DNA from: Candidatus Uhrbacteria bacterium RIFCSPLOWO2_01_FULL_47_17
GTDB lineage: Bacteria > Patescibacteriota > Patescibacteriia > UBA9934 > GWF2-40-263
Direction of reading: 5' to 3'
Assembly: GCA_001791305.1 (NCBI GenBank)
Contig: MGEI01000005.1
Location: forward strand, 404,208-468,207
DNA: 64,000 nucleotides
Within the stretch, counting starts at the first letter, position 1, and each line of letters begins with the position of its first letter. Positions 9,747 to 19,372 of this stretch are shown piece by piece. Made by a program: the position numbers and the translations under genes. A model generated the notes under the pieces. It did no database searches. It saw only the letters and a list, made by a program, of their open reading frames with translations, and was not told the DNA's origin.

Positions 9747-10037
9747 CTAAACCGTTCGCTTGCCTTTCAACGTATCCTTCAGCGCTTTTCCTGCTTTAAA
9801 CTTTGGTACAACAACGCTTGGAATAGTGATCGGCTCGGATGGTTTTTGTGGATTCACACCAATGCGTCCTTTGCGTTCGCGTGCAGAGAAGGTTCCGAAT
9901 CCTGCGATGGTAACCTCGCCGCCGTTTGCGAGTTCGCGTGTAACGATCTCTTCAAACAAGGCGATGAAATCATCGGCGAGTTTTTTGGAGATCTGTAATT
10001 TTTCCGCGATCCGAGTCGCGAGATCAGCTTTATTCAT
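9747..10037 (-). CDS. hup: DNA-binding protein HU
   Basis: MNKADL...GFGTF...R.GVNPQ...PKFKAGKALK. Confidence 0.95.
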   Translation of the reverse strand: MNKADLATRIAEKLQISKKLADDFIALFEEIVTRELANGGEVTIAGFGTFSARERKGRIGVNPQKPSEPITIPSVVVPKFKAGKALKDTLKGKRTV

Positions 10038-10058
10038 ATTGGTCTTATTCTACACGAA

Positions 10059-11618
10059 TTACCTTGCGTATTCAATCACGCGTGTCTCGCGGATGATGGT
10101 GACTTTAATTTCTCCAGGATAGCTGAGTTCGGATTCAATCTTATTCGCAATATCTTTTGCAAGTTGGTAACTCGCCAAATCTGAGATTTTTTCTGGGTGG
10201 ATGAAGATACGAACCTCGCGTCCCGCTTGAATCGCATAAACTTTCTCAACGCCTTCGAAGGATCCCGCCGTGCGTTCCAATTCTTCCATGCGTTGAATGA
10301 AGTTCTCGAGAGACTGCTTGCGTGCTCCTGGGCGTGCTCCGCTAATCGCATCCGCCGCTTTTACGATCGCACCTTCAATCGTTCGAGGTCGGTCTTCATG
10401 GTGCGCGATCGATTGATAACAAATCTCTTCCGGGAATCCGAACTTCTTCATGATGTTGTATCCAATTTCTGGATGCGCACCTTGCATGTCGTGGTCTACT
10501 GCCTTGCCGATATCGTGGAAGAGTCCACCTTTTTTACAGATGAACACATCTGCACCAAGTTCTTCTGCCATCATTCCGGCGAGTGTTCCAACTTCAATCG
10601 AGTGTTGAAGCGCGTTTTGTCCGTAGCTGGTACGGAAGCGCATACGGCCAAGGATTGAAACAAGTTTTGGATCGATCGAAGAAACAGGAATTCCAAGTTG
10701 GTACAGTGCATCTTCTCCGTTCTTTTTCAATTCTTGCGCAAGAGATTTCTTTGCTTCCATGATGGATTCTTCGATACGTGCTGGTTGAATGCGTCCGTCT
10801 TTGATGAGCGCATCGAGCGCGCGCTTTGCGACTTGGCGACGAATAGGGGAGAATCCGCTGATCGTAATCATGTTTGGCGTGTCGTCGACAATGATTTCTG
10901 TTCCGGTTTGAAGTTCAATCGCTTTGATGTTGCGTCCTTCTTTTCCAATGATACGTCCTTTCATTTCGTCATTTGGAAGTTCGACGGCGGTGGTTGTTCC
11001 GTCAACAGAGACAGAGGATGCAAATCGGGTGATGGCGAGTGAAAGAAGTTTGCGAGATTTGATTTCGACTTCTTCTTCCGTAATCTCATCCATTTTGCGC
11101 AAACGACTCTGCAATGCTTCTTGTGAGTCGACCTCGATCTGCTTCAACAAACGCTCTTCTGCTTGTTCTTTTGTGAGTTTTGCAATCTCTTGCAGCTTTT
11201 CGTTTTGTTCAAGTTTGATGAGTTCAATACTCACCTTCACATCTTCGATCTGTTTTTTCTGATCTTCAAGTTTCGTTTTCTTGTCTTCGATCTCGATCAA
11301 TTTCTGATCAAACAATTCTTCACGTTTTTCCAAACGCTTTTGTTGTTCTTGGAGTTCGCGTCGGCGTGTTTGTTCTTCTTGCTTGGCTTCTTCAATCATC
11401 TTGATCGATTTTTCTTTTGCTTCGATCAGGTACTCTTGTTGTTTTGTCTTTGCCTCGTTTAACAGTTCTTGGTGTTTTGCTTTTGCCTCTGTAATAATTT
11501 TTTCTGCGCGATTTTCCGCATCATCGGCAAGGCGTGCAGCTTGGGCTTTGCGATAGGCATATCCCGCAGCTGCTCCGCCACCGAGTCCGATGAGGAGTAG
11601 AAGGATTGAAATAAACAT
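10059..11618 (-). CDS. rny: Ribonuclease Y
   Basis: N-terminal TM, coiled coil, KH domain (MKGRIIGKEGRNI), HD domain (HDIGKA), DAISGARPGAR, AIQAGRE. Confidence 0.97.
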   Translation of the reverse strand: MFISILLLLIGLGGGAAAGYAYRKAQAARLADDAENRAEKIITEAKAKHQELLNEAKTKQQEYLIEAKEKSIKMIEEAKQEEQTRRRELQEQQKRLEKREELFDQKLIEIEDKKTKLEDQKKQIEDVKVSIELIKLEQNEKLQEIAKLTKEQAEERLLKQIEVDSQEALQSRLRKMDEITEEEVEIKSRKLLSLAITRFASSVSVDGTTTAVELPNDEMKGRIIGKEGRNIKAIELQTGTEIIVDDTPNMITISGFSPIRRQVAKRALDALIKDGRIQPARIEESIMEAKKSLAQELKKNGEDALYQLGIPVSSIDPKLVSILGRMRFRTSYGQNALQHSIEVGTLAGMMAEELGADVFICKKGGLFHDIGKAVDHDMQGAHPEIGYNIMKKFGFPEEICYQSIAHHEDRPRTIEGAIVKAADAISGARPGARKQSLENFIQRMEELERTAGSFEGVEKVYAIQAGREVRIFIHPEKISDLASYQLAKDIANKIESELSYPGEIKVTIIRETRVIEYAR

Positions 11619-11624
11619 ATAATA

Positions 11625-11825
11625 AAACTTCTCAAATCTTGAGAAGTTCAAACCAGGCTCCGAGGATTCTCGAAGTGGAGTATTCAATGATTCTTGGAAT
11701 TATCGCAAAAACAATCTCGTTAGGTGTTGAGAGTCGGAAAAGAGAAGACGAAAATTGTTTGTGATAGAAAAACCCATAATCTGTTGAACAGCTTGAACTT
11801 CTGAAGAACTTTTTTCTCAAGAATT
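11625..11825 (-). ncRNA. Candidate structured RNA in the rny leader (6S-like rod or cis-regulatory switch)
   Basis: Promoter TTGACG-17-TACTCT (11862-11834); outer stem 11790-11803/11642-11655, inner stem about 11701-11766. Confidence 0.4.
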
Positions 11826-11853
11826 ACACAAAAAGAGTACCAAAAAGCCGTTC

Positions 11854-12564
11854 CTACGTCAAACGGCTCAAAAACGATTCGATTTTTATGAGATGACTCT
11901 CGATGTTTGCGGAATCGAGCTGGTCGAAGGTCATGGCGTCCGCAATAACGAAGAGTCCAATGGATGTTCGACGAAGTTCCGAAACATATCCACCCACACT
12001 AAGTTTGGCGCCAAGATCCCGGGCGATCGATCGAATGTATGTTCCAGAAGAGCAATGAATCCGGAGGGAAATGTTTGAAAAGTCTGAAAGGTCGGAAAGG
12101 TTTGAAAGGCATTCGATCGAATAGATTTTAACCTTTCGAGGTTCCACAAGCGTTGGTGTTCCGGCCCGAGCTAGTTCGTACAGCTTTTTCCCTTGCACTT
12201 TAATAGCTGCATACGTAGGCGGAACCTGGTCGATTGTCCCTGTAACTGTTTTGAGAGCTTCTTCGATTACGGAAGGGGTTAGGGGCGAGGGGTTGGGGGT
12301 TAGGGTGATTTCCCCCTTTATATCATCTGTTGTCGAGGTTGCCCCCAAAATAAATGTCGCTTCATAACGTTTATCAAGTCCGACGAACTTCTGGAGTTCG
12401 CGTGTGGCCTCTCGAGAAACAGCAATCAAAAGCAAACCGGTTGCAAACGGATCGAGGGTTCCAGCGTGGCCGATGCGTTTTTCGCCCGTTAAACGACGAA
12501 GTCGCGCGACGACATCAAACGAGGTGATTCCTTCTGGTTTGTCGATGAGGATGAAACCTTTCAT
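11854..12564 (-). CDS. truB: tRNA pseudouridine(55) synthase
   Basis: IDKPEGITSFDVV, GHAGTLDPFATGLL, QVPPTYAAIK, CSSGTYIRS. Confidence 0.96.
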   Translation of the reverse strand: MKGFILIDKPEGITSFDVVARLRRLTGEKRIGHAGTLDPFATGLLLIAVSREATRELQKFVGLDKRYEATFILGATSTTDDIKGEITLTPNPSPLTPSVIEEALKTVTGTIDQVPPTYAAIKVQGKKLYELARAGTPTLVEPRKVKIYSIECLSNLSDLSDFSNISLRIHCSSGTYIRSIARDLGAKLSVGGYVSELRRTSIGLFVIADAMTFDQLDSANIESHLIKIESFLSRLT

Positions 12565-12739
12565 AATATTCGAATCATACTCGACCGATTGGGCTTTGAC
12601 AAAAGTTCGGGTGCACTTGATTTCATTGACCATTCCCCCCTTTTCTTATACACTCGTCGACAACTGCCAGATTTATTTTTATTTCATGCATGGGTACTCA
12701 TAAAGGGCACCCCTACGATCGTTTCGGCCCCATTTGCCT

Positions 12740-14782
12740 ATGAACATTACCGAACTTGCCCGTCGTCTTCGTGTCCGTCCGGATGAACTCTTGCAGAAAT
12801 TGCCAGAGCTTGGTTTTGCGGTTGGTGCACGCGCCATCAAAGTGGATGACCGCCAAGCGCAGAAAATTATGGAGGCGTGGGCGGAAATGTCTCGTAAAGA
12901 GCGTTTGGCGCGCAAAGTGGAAATGCAAAAGGCACATTCGGGCACGCGTCTTGAAATGCCGGAAGAAGATCGTAAGCCGGTAAAGATTCCGGCGATTACG
13001 ACGGTGCGTGATTTCGCATCGTTGTTGGATTTGTCTGTGCCACGCATCATGCAAGAGCTCATGAAGAACGGAATTCTTGCGAGTATCAACGAACGCATCG
13101 ACTTCGACACAGCTTCGATCATCGCGGAAGATCTTGGATTCCGCGCGGAGCTTGATACGGATACAAAAAATAATAACGAAGACACATCGGGAATTGATAA
13201 AATTCGCGAACGTTCGGATAGCGAAAAGAAAGAAGACTTGGTTACGCGTCCGCCGGTTGTGGTTGTCATGGGACACGTTGACCATGGAAAAACAAAATTG
13301 TTGGATGCCATCCGCACCACAAACGTGATGGCAACAGAAGCGGGTGGAATTACGCAGCACATTGGTGCATATCAAGTGGAACGCAACGGTCGTCATCTGA
13401 CATTTATCGACACGCCAGGTCACGAAGCGTTTACGGTTATGCGTTCGCGTGGTGCAAAGGTTGCGGACATTGCCATTCTTGTGGTCGCAGCTGATGATGG
13501 AGTGCAACCACAAACAAAAGAAGCGATTAACATTATCAAATCCGCAAACCTTCCATTCATTGTTGCGCTCAACAAGATCGATAAAGAAGGAGCAAACATT
13601 GATCGCGTGAAAGGTGAGCTTGCAGAATTGAACATCACCGCAGAAGATTGGGGTGGTTCGAGTATTATCGTTCCTGTGTCTGCGCGAGAAGGAAAAAACA
13701 TCGATCAACTCCTCGACATGTTGCTCCTCGTTACAGACATGGAGAAAGATCGTATTGTTGCAAATCCAAATGCACGCGCGATTGGAACCGTTGTCGAGTC
13801 TCATGTTGATACAGGAACGGGTCCTGTTGCAACCGTGCTCGTTCAAAGCGGAACCCTCAGTGTTGGCGACACATTGTCGATTCGCGACACACTTTATGGC
13901 CGCGTTCGCGCCATGAAAGATTGGAATGGAAAAACACTTTTGAAAGCAACGCCATCCACACCGGTTGAGATTGTTGGATTTAAAGTGGCGCCGGCTGTTG
14001 GGGATGTTATGGATGTTCCAAATCCATCCAAAGAATTGAAAAAAATGAAAGCCACAGACAGCTCGATGAAAGCCACGGAAGAAATGGCGTCTATTCATCG
14101 CACACAAGCGCAGTCCGAAGAATCAAAAACAGAAGAAGGGAAAAAGCATGTTTTGCCACTCATCATTCGTTCAGACGTTCTCGGGTCTCTCGAAGCGATT
14201 CTTGGAATGATCGACAAAATTAAACATGAAGATGTTTCTGTCAAAGTGATTAAGAAAGGTCTTGGAAACATTACCGACACGGACGTTCAAGATGCAGAAG
14301 CGGGTGGAGCCATCATCATGGCGTTTAACACACGTCCAAGTGGAACGGCAGAAATCCTTGCGCGCGACAAACACGTCTCTATTCGCAAGTACGACATTAT
14401 CTACAGACTATTTGATGATGTGATTGAAGAGTTGAAGAAGCTGCTTCCAGCAGAACTCATCATCACAGAACTTGGTGGATTTGAAGTGGTGAAAGTCTTC
14501 CGCAAAACAGATCATGGATTTATTGTGGGAGGAAAAGTAAAGAAATCAAAAATCTTGCCAAAAACAAAATTGCGTATTTCACGTAATGGAGAGTATGTTG
14601 GTGAAGGAGAAATTCTCGTGCTCCAACTTGGCCCCGGTGAAATCAAAGAAGGACAACCCGGACAAGAAATTGGATTGTCGTTCAAAGGAAAAGTAAAACC
14701 AGAAGAAGGGGATATCTTTGAAACGTACACAGAAGAGAAGATCACAAAATTATTTAAAATTGAAGGCATTGACGCGCGTTAA
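12740..14782 (+). CDS. infB: Translation initiation factor IF-2
   Basis: [29 protein letters not shown]. Confidence 0.97.
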   Translation: MNITELARRLRVRPDELLQKLPELGFAVGARAIKVDDRQAQKIMEAWAEMSRKERLARKVEMQKAHSGTRLEMPEEDRKPVKIPAITTVRDFASLLDLSVPRIMQELMKNGILASINERIDFDTASIIAEDLGFRAELDTDTKNNNEDTSGIDKIRERSDSEKKEDLVTRPPVVVVMGHVDHGKTKLLDAIRTTNVMATEAGGITQHIGAYQVERNGRHLTFIDTPGHEAFTVMRSRGAKVADIAILVVAADDGVQPQTKEAINIIKSANLPFIVALNKIDKEGANIDRVKGELAELNITAEDWGGSSIIVPVSAREGKNIDQLLDMLLLVTDMEKDRIVANPNARAIGTVVESHVDTGTGPVATVLVQSGTLSVGDTLSIRDTLYGRVRAMKDWNGKTLLKATPSTPVEIVGFKVAPAVGDVMDVPNPSKELKKMKATDSSMKATEEMASIHRTQAQSEESKTEEGKKHVLPLIIRSDVLGSLEAILGMIDKIKHEDVSVKVIKKGLGNITDTDVQDAEAGGAIIMAFNTRPSGTAEILARDKHVSIRKYDIIYRLFDDVIEELKKLLPAELIITELGGFEVVKVFRKTDHGFIVGGKVKKSKILPKTKLRISRNGEYVGEGEILVLQLGPGEIKEGQPGQEIGLSFKGKVKPEEGDIFETYTEEKITKLFKIEGIDAR

Positions 14783-14799
14783 CCCTAACCCCTTTCTTT

Positions 14800-15120
14800 A
14801 TGTCCGAGCTTGTCCTCACAGAAGAAAATTTTGATCAATCCATTTTGCAGGCAGAAAAATTAGTGCTCGTGGATTTTTGGGCACCGTGGTGTGGTCCGTG
14901 CCGCATGATGGCTCCTGTCCTTGAAGAACTCGCGGCTGAAATGGATTCGGTGACGATCGGAAAGATTAACGTCGACGAACAATCCGCCCTCGCGCAACGG
15001 TTCAACATTCTCTCCATTCCAACATTCATCTTGTTCAAGAAGGGAGAAGTGATCGATCAGTTCTCCGGAGCGATGACGAAACAAGCGTTTAAGAGTCACA
15101 TCGAAAAACATTTAGTATGA
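14800..15120 (+). CDS. trxA: Thioredoxin
   Basis: WAPWCGPC. Confidence 0.96.
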   Translation: MSELVLTEENFDQSILQAEKLVLVDFWAPWCGPCRMMAPVLEELAAEMDSVTIGKINVDEQSALAQRFNILSIPTFILFKKGEVIDQFSGAMTKQAFKSHIEKHLV

Positions 15121-16049
15121 CGCACAATCTCATCATCATTGGTTCAGGGCCCGCTGGATATACGGCGGCTATTTATGCCGCACGTGCAGAATTGAAACCA
15201 ATTTTGTTCGAGGGGCAAGTCGCGGGCGGACAACCTGGAGGACAACTCATGCTTACAACGGATGTTGAGAATTTTCCGGGATTCCCAACGGGAATCATGG
15301 GGCCTGACCTTATGGTGGAAATGAAAAAACAAGCAGAACGATTTGGAACCGAGATCGTCTCGAAGGATGTGACGTTTGTCGATTTTTCCTCTCGTCCATT
15401 CCTCGTAAAATCCGGAGACGATGAGTATCGCGCGAACAGTGTGATCATTTGCACAGGCGCGCAAGCAAAGTGGCTCGGGGTTCCAGGCGAACAACAATTT
15501 CAAGGTCATGGAGTTTCTGCATGTGCAACATGCGACGGATTTTTTTTCAAAGAAAAACACGTCGTGGTGGTTGGCGGGGGAGATGCGGCTATGGAAGAAG
15601 CAAACTTCCTCACACGCTTTGCGTCGAAGCTCACGCTTCTTGTTCGATCGGATGCGCTTCGTGCAAGTAAGATTATGCAAGAGCGCGTCAAGGCGAATCC
15701 GAAGATTACGATCATGTGGAATACAGAAGTTGTGGAAGTTGTTGGTGATTCCAAGATGACGGGTCTCAAATTAAAAAACAACAAGACAAACGAGATGATT
15801 GAAATACAAGCTGACGGACTCTTCGTCGCAATTGGTCACAAGCCGAACACAGAATTGTTTCAAGGCAAGCTCGAGCTCGACGAGGTTGGATATATCGTGA
15901 CAAAGGCACACTCGACCGCAACAAGCGTCGACGGCGTTTATGCGGGAGGAGATGTTGCGGATCATGTGTACCGTCAAGCGATTTCGGCTGCGGGAACTGG
16001 GTGTATGGCCGCACTTGATGCCGAACGATTCTTGAGCAAAAACCATTGA
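15117..16049 (+). CDS. trxB: Thioredoxin-disulfide reductase
   Basis: GSGPAG, CATCDG, GGGDAAMEEA, YRQAISAAGTG. Confidence 0.97.
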   Translation: MTHNLIIIGSGPAGYTAAIYAARAELKPILFEGQVAGGQPGGQLMLTTDVENFPGFPTGIMGPDLMVEMKKQAERFGTEIVSKDVTFVDFSSRPFLVKSGDDEYRANSVIICTGAQAKWLGVPGEQQFQGHGVSACATCDGFFFKEKHVVVVGGGDAAMEEANFLTRFASKLTLLVRSDALRASKIMQERVKANPKITIMWNTEVVEVVGDSKMTGLKLKNNKTNEMIEIQADGLFVAIGHKPNTELFQGKLELDEVGYIVTKAHSTATSVDGVYAGGDVADHVYRQAISAAGTGCMAALDAERFLSKNH

Positions 16050-16116
16050 CATTTCAATGGTTTTTTGATACCTTATTTGCTTCGTGTGCAGCTCGTGCAC
16101 GCGATGTGGAGGTGTG

Positions 16117-18072
16117 ATGGAACCCGTTTTCGAAGCTCCTTCGCGCACGTCGCGTGTTTGGAAGTGGGTTGTTGGTCGGCCGCGGAGTCTCGCGGACAAT
16201 CAGATTTTTCATCAGCTGTCCCTGATTCCGTTTCTCGCTTGGGTCGGACTCGGTGCGGACGGACTTTCGTCCTCCGCGTACGGCCCACCCGAATCATTCG
16301 CTGCGCTCGGGACACATCGGTGGCTCGCGCTTGCGATGGCCGCGATGACCGCGATCACGGTTCTCATCATCTCGTTTGCCTACATGCGGATCATCGCTTC
16401 GTTCCCGAACGGAGGGGGCGGATACGTTGTCGCAACACGGTCGCTCGGCGCTGTTCCCGGACTCGTTTCCGGTTCCGCCCTTCTTGTCGACTATGTTCTC
16501 ACGGTCACGGTTTCGATCGCGGCTGCGGGTGACGCGCTCTTCAGCTTCATGCCAGAGACCGCCGTTCCATTCAAATTCGGGTTCGAGGTTTTCCTGCTTG
16601 CTGGAATGACCCTCCTCAACTTTCGCGGCGTCAAAGAAGCGATTCTTCCGCTCGTGCCGGTTTTTCTCCTGTTTATTCTGACACACATCATTTTGGTGGT
16701 GGCGGGGTTGATGGGATCTGAAACCGCCGTGCCAATCGCAACGCAGGTTCGTGAAGGTTGGCGCGCGAGTTCCTCACAACTTGGACTCATAGGCGTTCTC
16801 TTGCTTGCCGCACGCGCATGGTCGCTTGGCGGTGGTACGTACACCGGGATTGAAGCGGTTTCAAACGCGATGCCGATCTTGCGTGAACCGCGCGTGAAAA
16901 CCGCGCGCGTGACCATGATCTACATGGCGCTCTCACTTGCGATCATGGCATCCGGTTTGCTCATGGGGTACTTGCTTGTCGATATCCATCCGGTTTCTGG
17001 TCAAACGTTGAACGCGGTTCTCGCGTCGCGTGTGTCAGAGAATTGGATGGGTGGAAAGACCTTCATGATGATCACCCTTCTTGCAGAAGGCGCCCTCCTT
17101 GTGGTGGCCGCGCAAGCTGGCTTTCTTGGAGGCCCACGCGTTCTTGCTAACATGGCACTTGATGGATGGGTGCCGCGTCGTTTTGCCGCATTGTCCCAAC
17201 AGCTTACGGAGCGGAACGGCATTGTGCTTATCGGCGGAACCGCCCTCATCGCCCTTTGGTACACGAAGGGAGATGTGAGTCACTTGGTCGTCATGTACTC
17301 CATCAATGTGTTTCTCACGTTTTCGCTTTCCATGCTTGGCATGCTCAGAAAGTCGTGGGAGAAACGTTCGGCTTCGGACTTGTTCCTTTTCGCGATCGCG
17401 TTTCTATTGTGCGCGTCCATTCTGTGTGTCACCGCCATCGAAAAGTTTTCGCACGGCGGATGGGTCACACTTCTTGTGACCACGCTCCTTGTGGTTCTCT
17501 GTTACGTCATCCGTGCCCATTATCGTGCGGTGGCAAAACGACTGCCTTCGCTCGATGTGGATTTGCCACAGATTGAAATTCCAGAGGAACCGCATTCCTC
17601 CACTCTCAAACCGAATGCCCCGACCGCCGTGATTTTGGTGGGTGGATATAACGGTGTTGGTCATCAGACCCTGAATGTGGTTTTGCGGGCGTTCCCGGGC
17701 CACTACAAAAATGTCATCTTTGTTGCGGCAGGCGCCGTCGACTCTGCCACCATCAAAGACGAACACGAGCTCGAAGTGCTTCGTTCGCGCACAAAGGAAT
17801 CGGTTCATCGATACGTTCTGCTTGGGCAATCGCTCGGTTTGAACGCCGATGGAATGGATTGTGTTGGAACGGATGTCGTTCAAGAGCTCGAGTCGCTTTG
17901 TCTCATTGCGGCAACGGTTCACCCAAACATCACCTTCTTTGCCGGCAAGATCATGTTCGGCCGCGAAAAGTGGTGGCACAACATTCTCCACAACCAAACC
18001 GCGTTCGCCTTGCAAAAGCGCCTCCAATGGGACGGCCACACCATGGTGATCCTCCCCGTCCGTCTTCACTGA
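16117..18072 (+). CDS. APC-fold transporter, KimA/YdaO-like (probable K+ uptake)
   Basis: ADGLSSSAYG, PNGGGGY, TGIEAVSN, about 12 TMs plus cytoplasmic C-domain ending LHNQTA. Confidence 0.8.
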   Translation: MEPVFEAPSRTSRVWKWVVGRPRSLADNQIFHQLSLIPFLAWVGLGADGLSSSAYGPPESFAALGTHRWLALAMAAMTAITVLIISFAYMRIIASFPNGGGGYVVATRSLGAVPGLVSGSALLVDYVLTVTVSIAAAGDALFSFMPETAVPFKFGFEVFLLAGMTLLNFRGVKEAILPLVPVFLLFILTHIILVVAGLMGSETAVPIATQVREGWRASSSQLGLIGVLLLAARAWSLGGGTYTGIEAVSNAMPILREPRVKTARVTMIYMALSLAIMASGLLMGYLLVDIHPVSGQTLNAVLASRVSENWMGGKTFMMITLLAEGALLVVAAQAGFLGGPRVLANMALDGWVPRRFAALSQQLTERNGIVLIGGTALIALWYTKGDVSHLVVMYSINVFLTFSLSMLGMLRKSWEKRSASDLFLFAIAFLLCASILCVTAIEKFSHGGWVTLLVTTLLVVLCYVIRAHYRAVAKRLPSLDVDLPQIEIPEEPHSSTLKPNAPTAVILVGGYNGVGHQTLNVVLRAFPGHYKNVIFVAAGAVDSATIKDEHELEVLRSRTKESVHRYVLLGQSLGLNADGMDCVGTDVVQELESLCLIAATVHPNITFFAGKIMFGREKWWHNILHNQTAFALQKRLQWDGHTMVILPVRLH

Positions 18073-18183
18073 ACTCTCGTATGAGAGTTCTTTTTTTGTT
18101 CGATCCATTGACACACCCCGCATTTTTTGGTTCACTTCCGGCATCGAGAGCGGTTTCTCGACGTACATTGCATGGAGGTTTCC

Positions 18184-19305
18184 GTGTCTGACTATCCAAT
18201 CGAACGTGAGCGTCGATGGCTTGTGAAGGATTTCGATCGCGGCGTTCTCGAGAGCTTCGGCGTCATCCGCAAATACATTCGCCAAGGATACTTTGATGTT
18301 TTGGGCGAACGCAGTTTCCGTGTGCGTATTATCGATGGCAAGAAAGCTGTCGTGACGCTGAAAACTGGTTCGGGTGAATATCGCACAGAGCGTGAGCATG
18401 AGATCAATCTTGAAGCAGCGAACGTGATGTTTGACGCGACAACGTACGTCGTCGGAAAGACTCGTTACGTGATCGACGGATGGGAACTCGATCTTTTCGA
18501 TGGCTCTTTGCAAGGGATTGTCGTGCTTGAGTACGAAGCGCATGGCGATGAACCGATTCCTGAATTGCCGTCGTGGATTCACGACGCGATCGATGTGACG
18601 GACTCGCTCACAAACCTGCATCTCGCACGCATGGCAAAGGAGATCAGCGGCGATGTGAATGAACACGTCTCGCGTTACCTGGAACCAAAGCTGCCGAAGA
18701 TTGTGCTCACCGGCGGGCCATGTTCGGGCAAGAGCACGCTCATGCGTGAGATCATGGAAAAGTATGGCGATCGCGTGCACTGCGTGCCCGAGGTCGCGAC
18801 GATTCTCATCGCGCAAGTCGGCATTCTGCCGGATGCGAAAGACGAGGCGCACAACGCACGCTTTCAGAAAATCTTGTACCGCGTGCAACGGTCGTTCGAA
18901 GAAGCGGCGGAGTTGCAAGCGATCAAAGACGGGAAGCAGGTGATTATTCTGGATCGCGGCACGCTCGATGCGGTCGCGTATTTCGAGGGTGAAATCAACG
19001 AACAGCGACAGGCGTTGTTCAGTATCGCAACAGGTGTCAACGTGCGTGATGAGCTGAAGAGGTATGATCAGGTCATCTATCTTGCGCCGCCTTCGCGCGA
19101 GGTGTACGAAGCACAACGGACAAACAACGCCGCGCGTCTTGAGACGTTCGAACAGGCAATGAAACTCGCTGATCGCACGTGTGAGGCGTGGCTTGTCCGA
19201 GAAATTCCCGAGTGGTCGTATTTTCGTTTCAAGCATGTCGGTGGAAATACCTGGGAAGAAAAGCGCGACACTGCCTTCGATGCACTCAGAATGTTCTTTC
19301 TTTAG
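18184..19305 (+). CDS. CYTH domain fused to AAA_28/NadR-like P-loop kinase
   Basis: IERERRWLV, RVRI, KTRY, ELD (CYTH); KIVLTGGPCSGKST, PEVAT, DRGTLD (P-loop). Confidence 0.8.
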   Translation: MSDYPIERERRWLVKDFDRGVLESFGVIRKYIRQGYFDVLGERSFRVRIIDGKKAVVTLKTGSGEYRTEREHEINLEAANVMFDATTYVVGKTRYVIDGWELDLFDGSLQGIVVLEYEAHGDEPIPELPSWIHDAIDVTDSLTNLHLARMAKEISGDVNEHVSRYLEPKLPKIVLTGGPCSGKSTLMREIMEKYGDRVHCVPEVATILIAQVGILPDAKDEAHNARFQKILYRVQRSFEEAAELQAIKDGKQVIILDRGTLDAVAYFEGEINEQRQALFSIATGVNVRDELKRYDQVIYLAPPSREVYEAQRTNNAARLETFEQAMKLADRTCEAWLVREIPEWSYFRFKHVGGNTWEEKRDTAFDALRMFFL

Positions 19306-19372
19306 AACCCCAACGGGTTCTTTTTTTGTCCGAGAAAATAAAAAGACACCTTCTTAAGGTGTCAGATTTGCT

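Noticed and set aside
17404-19236. 610-aa minus-strand ORF, and similar long antisense ORFs (6792-8195, 8384-9595, 12713-14107, 34039-35304, 44590-45945)
   Set aside because: They shadow well-supported genes on the opposite strand and show no motifs.
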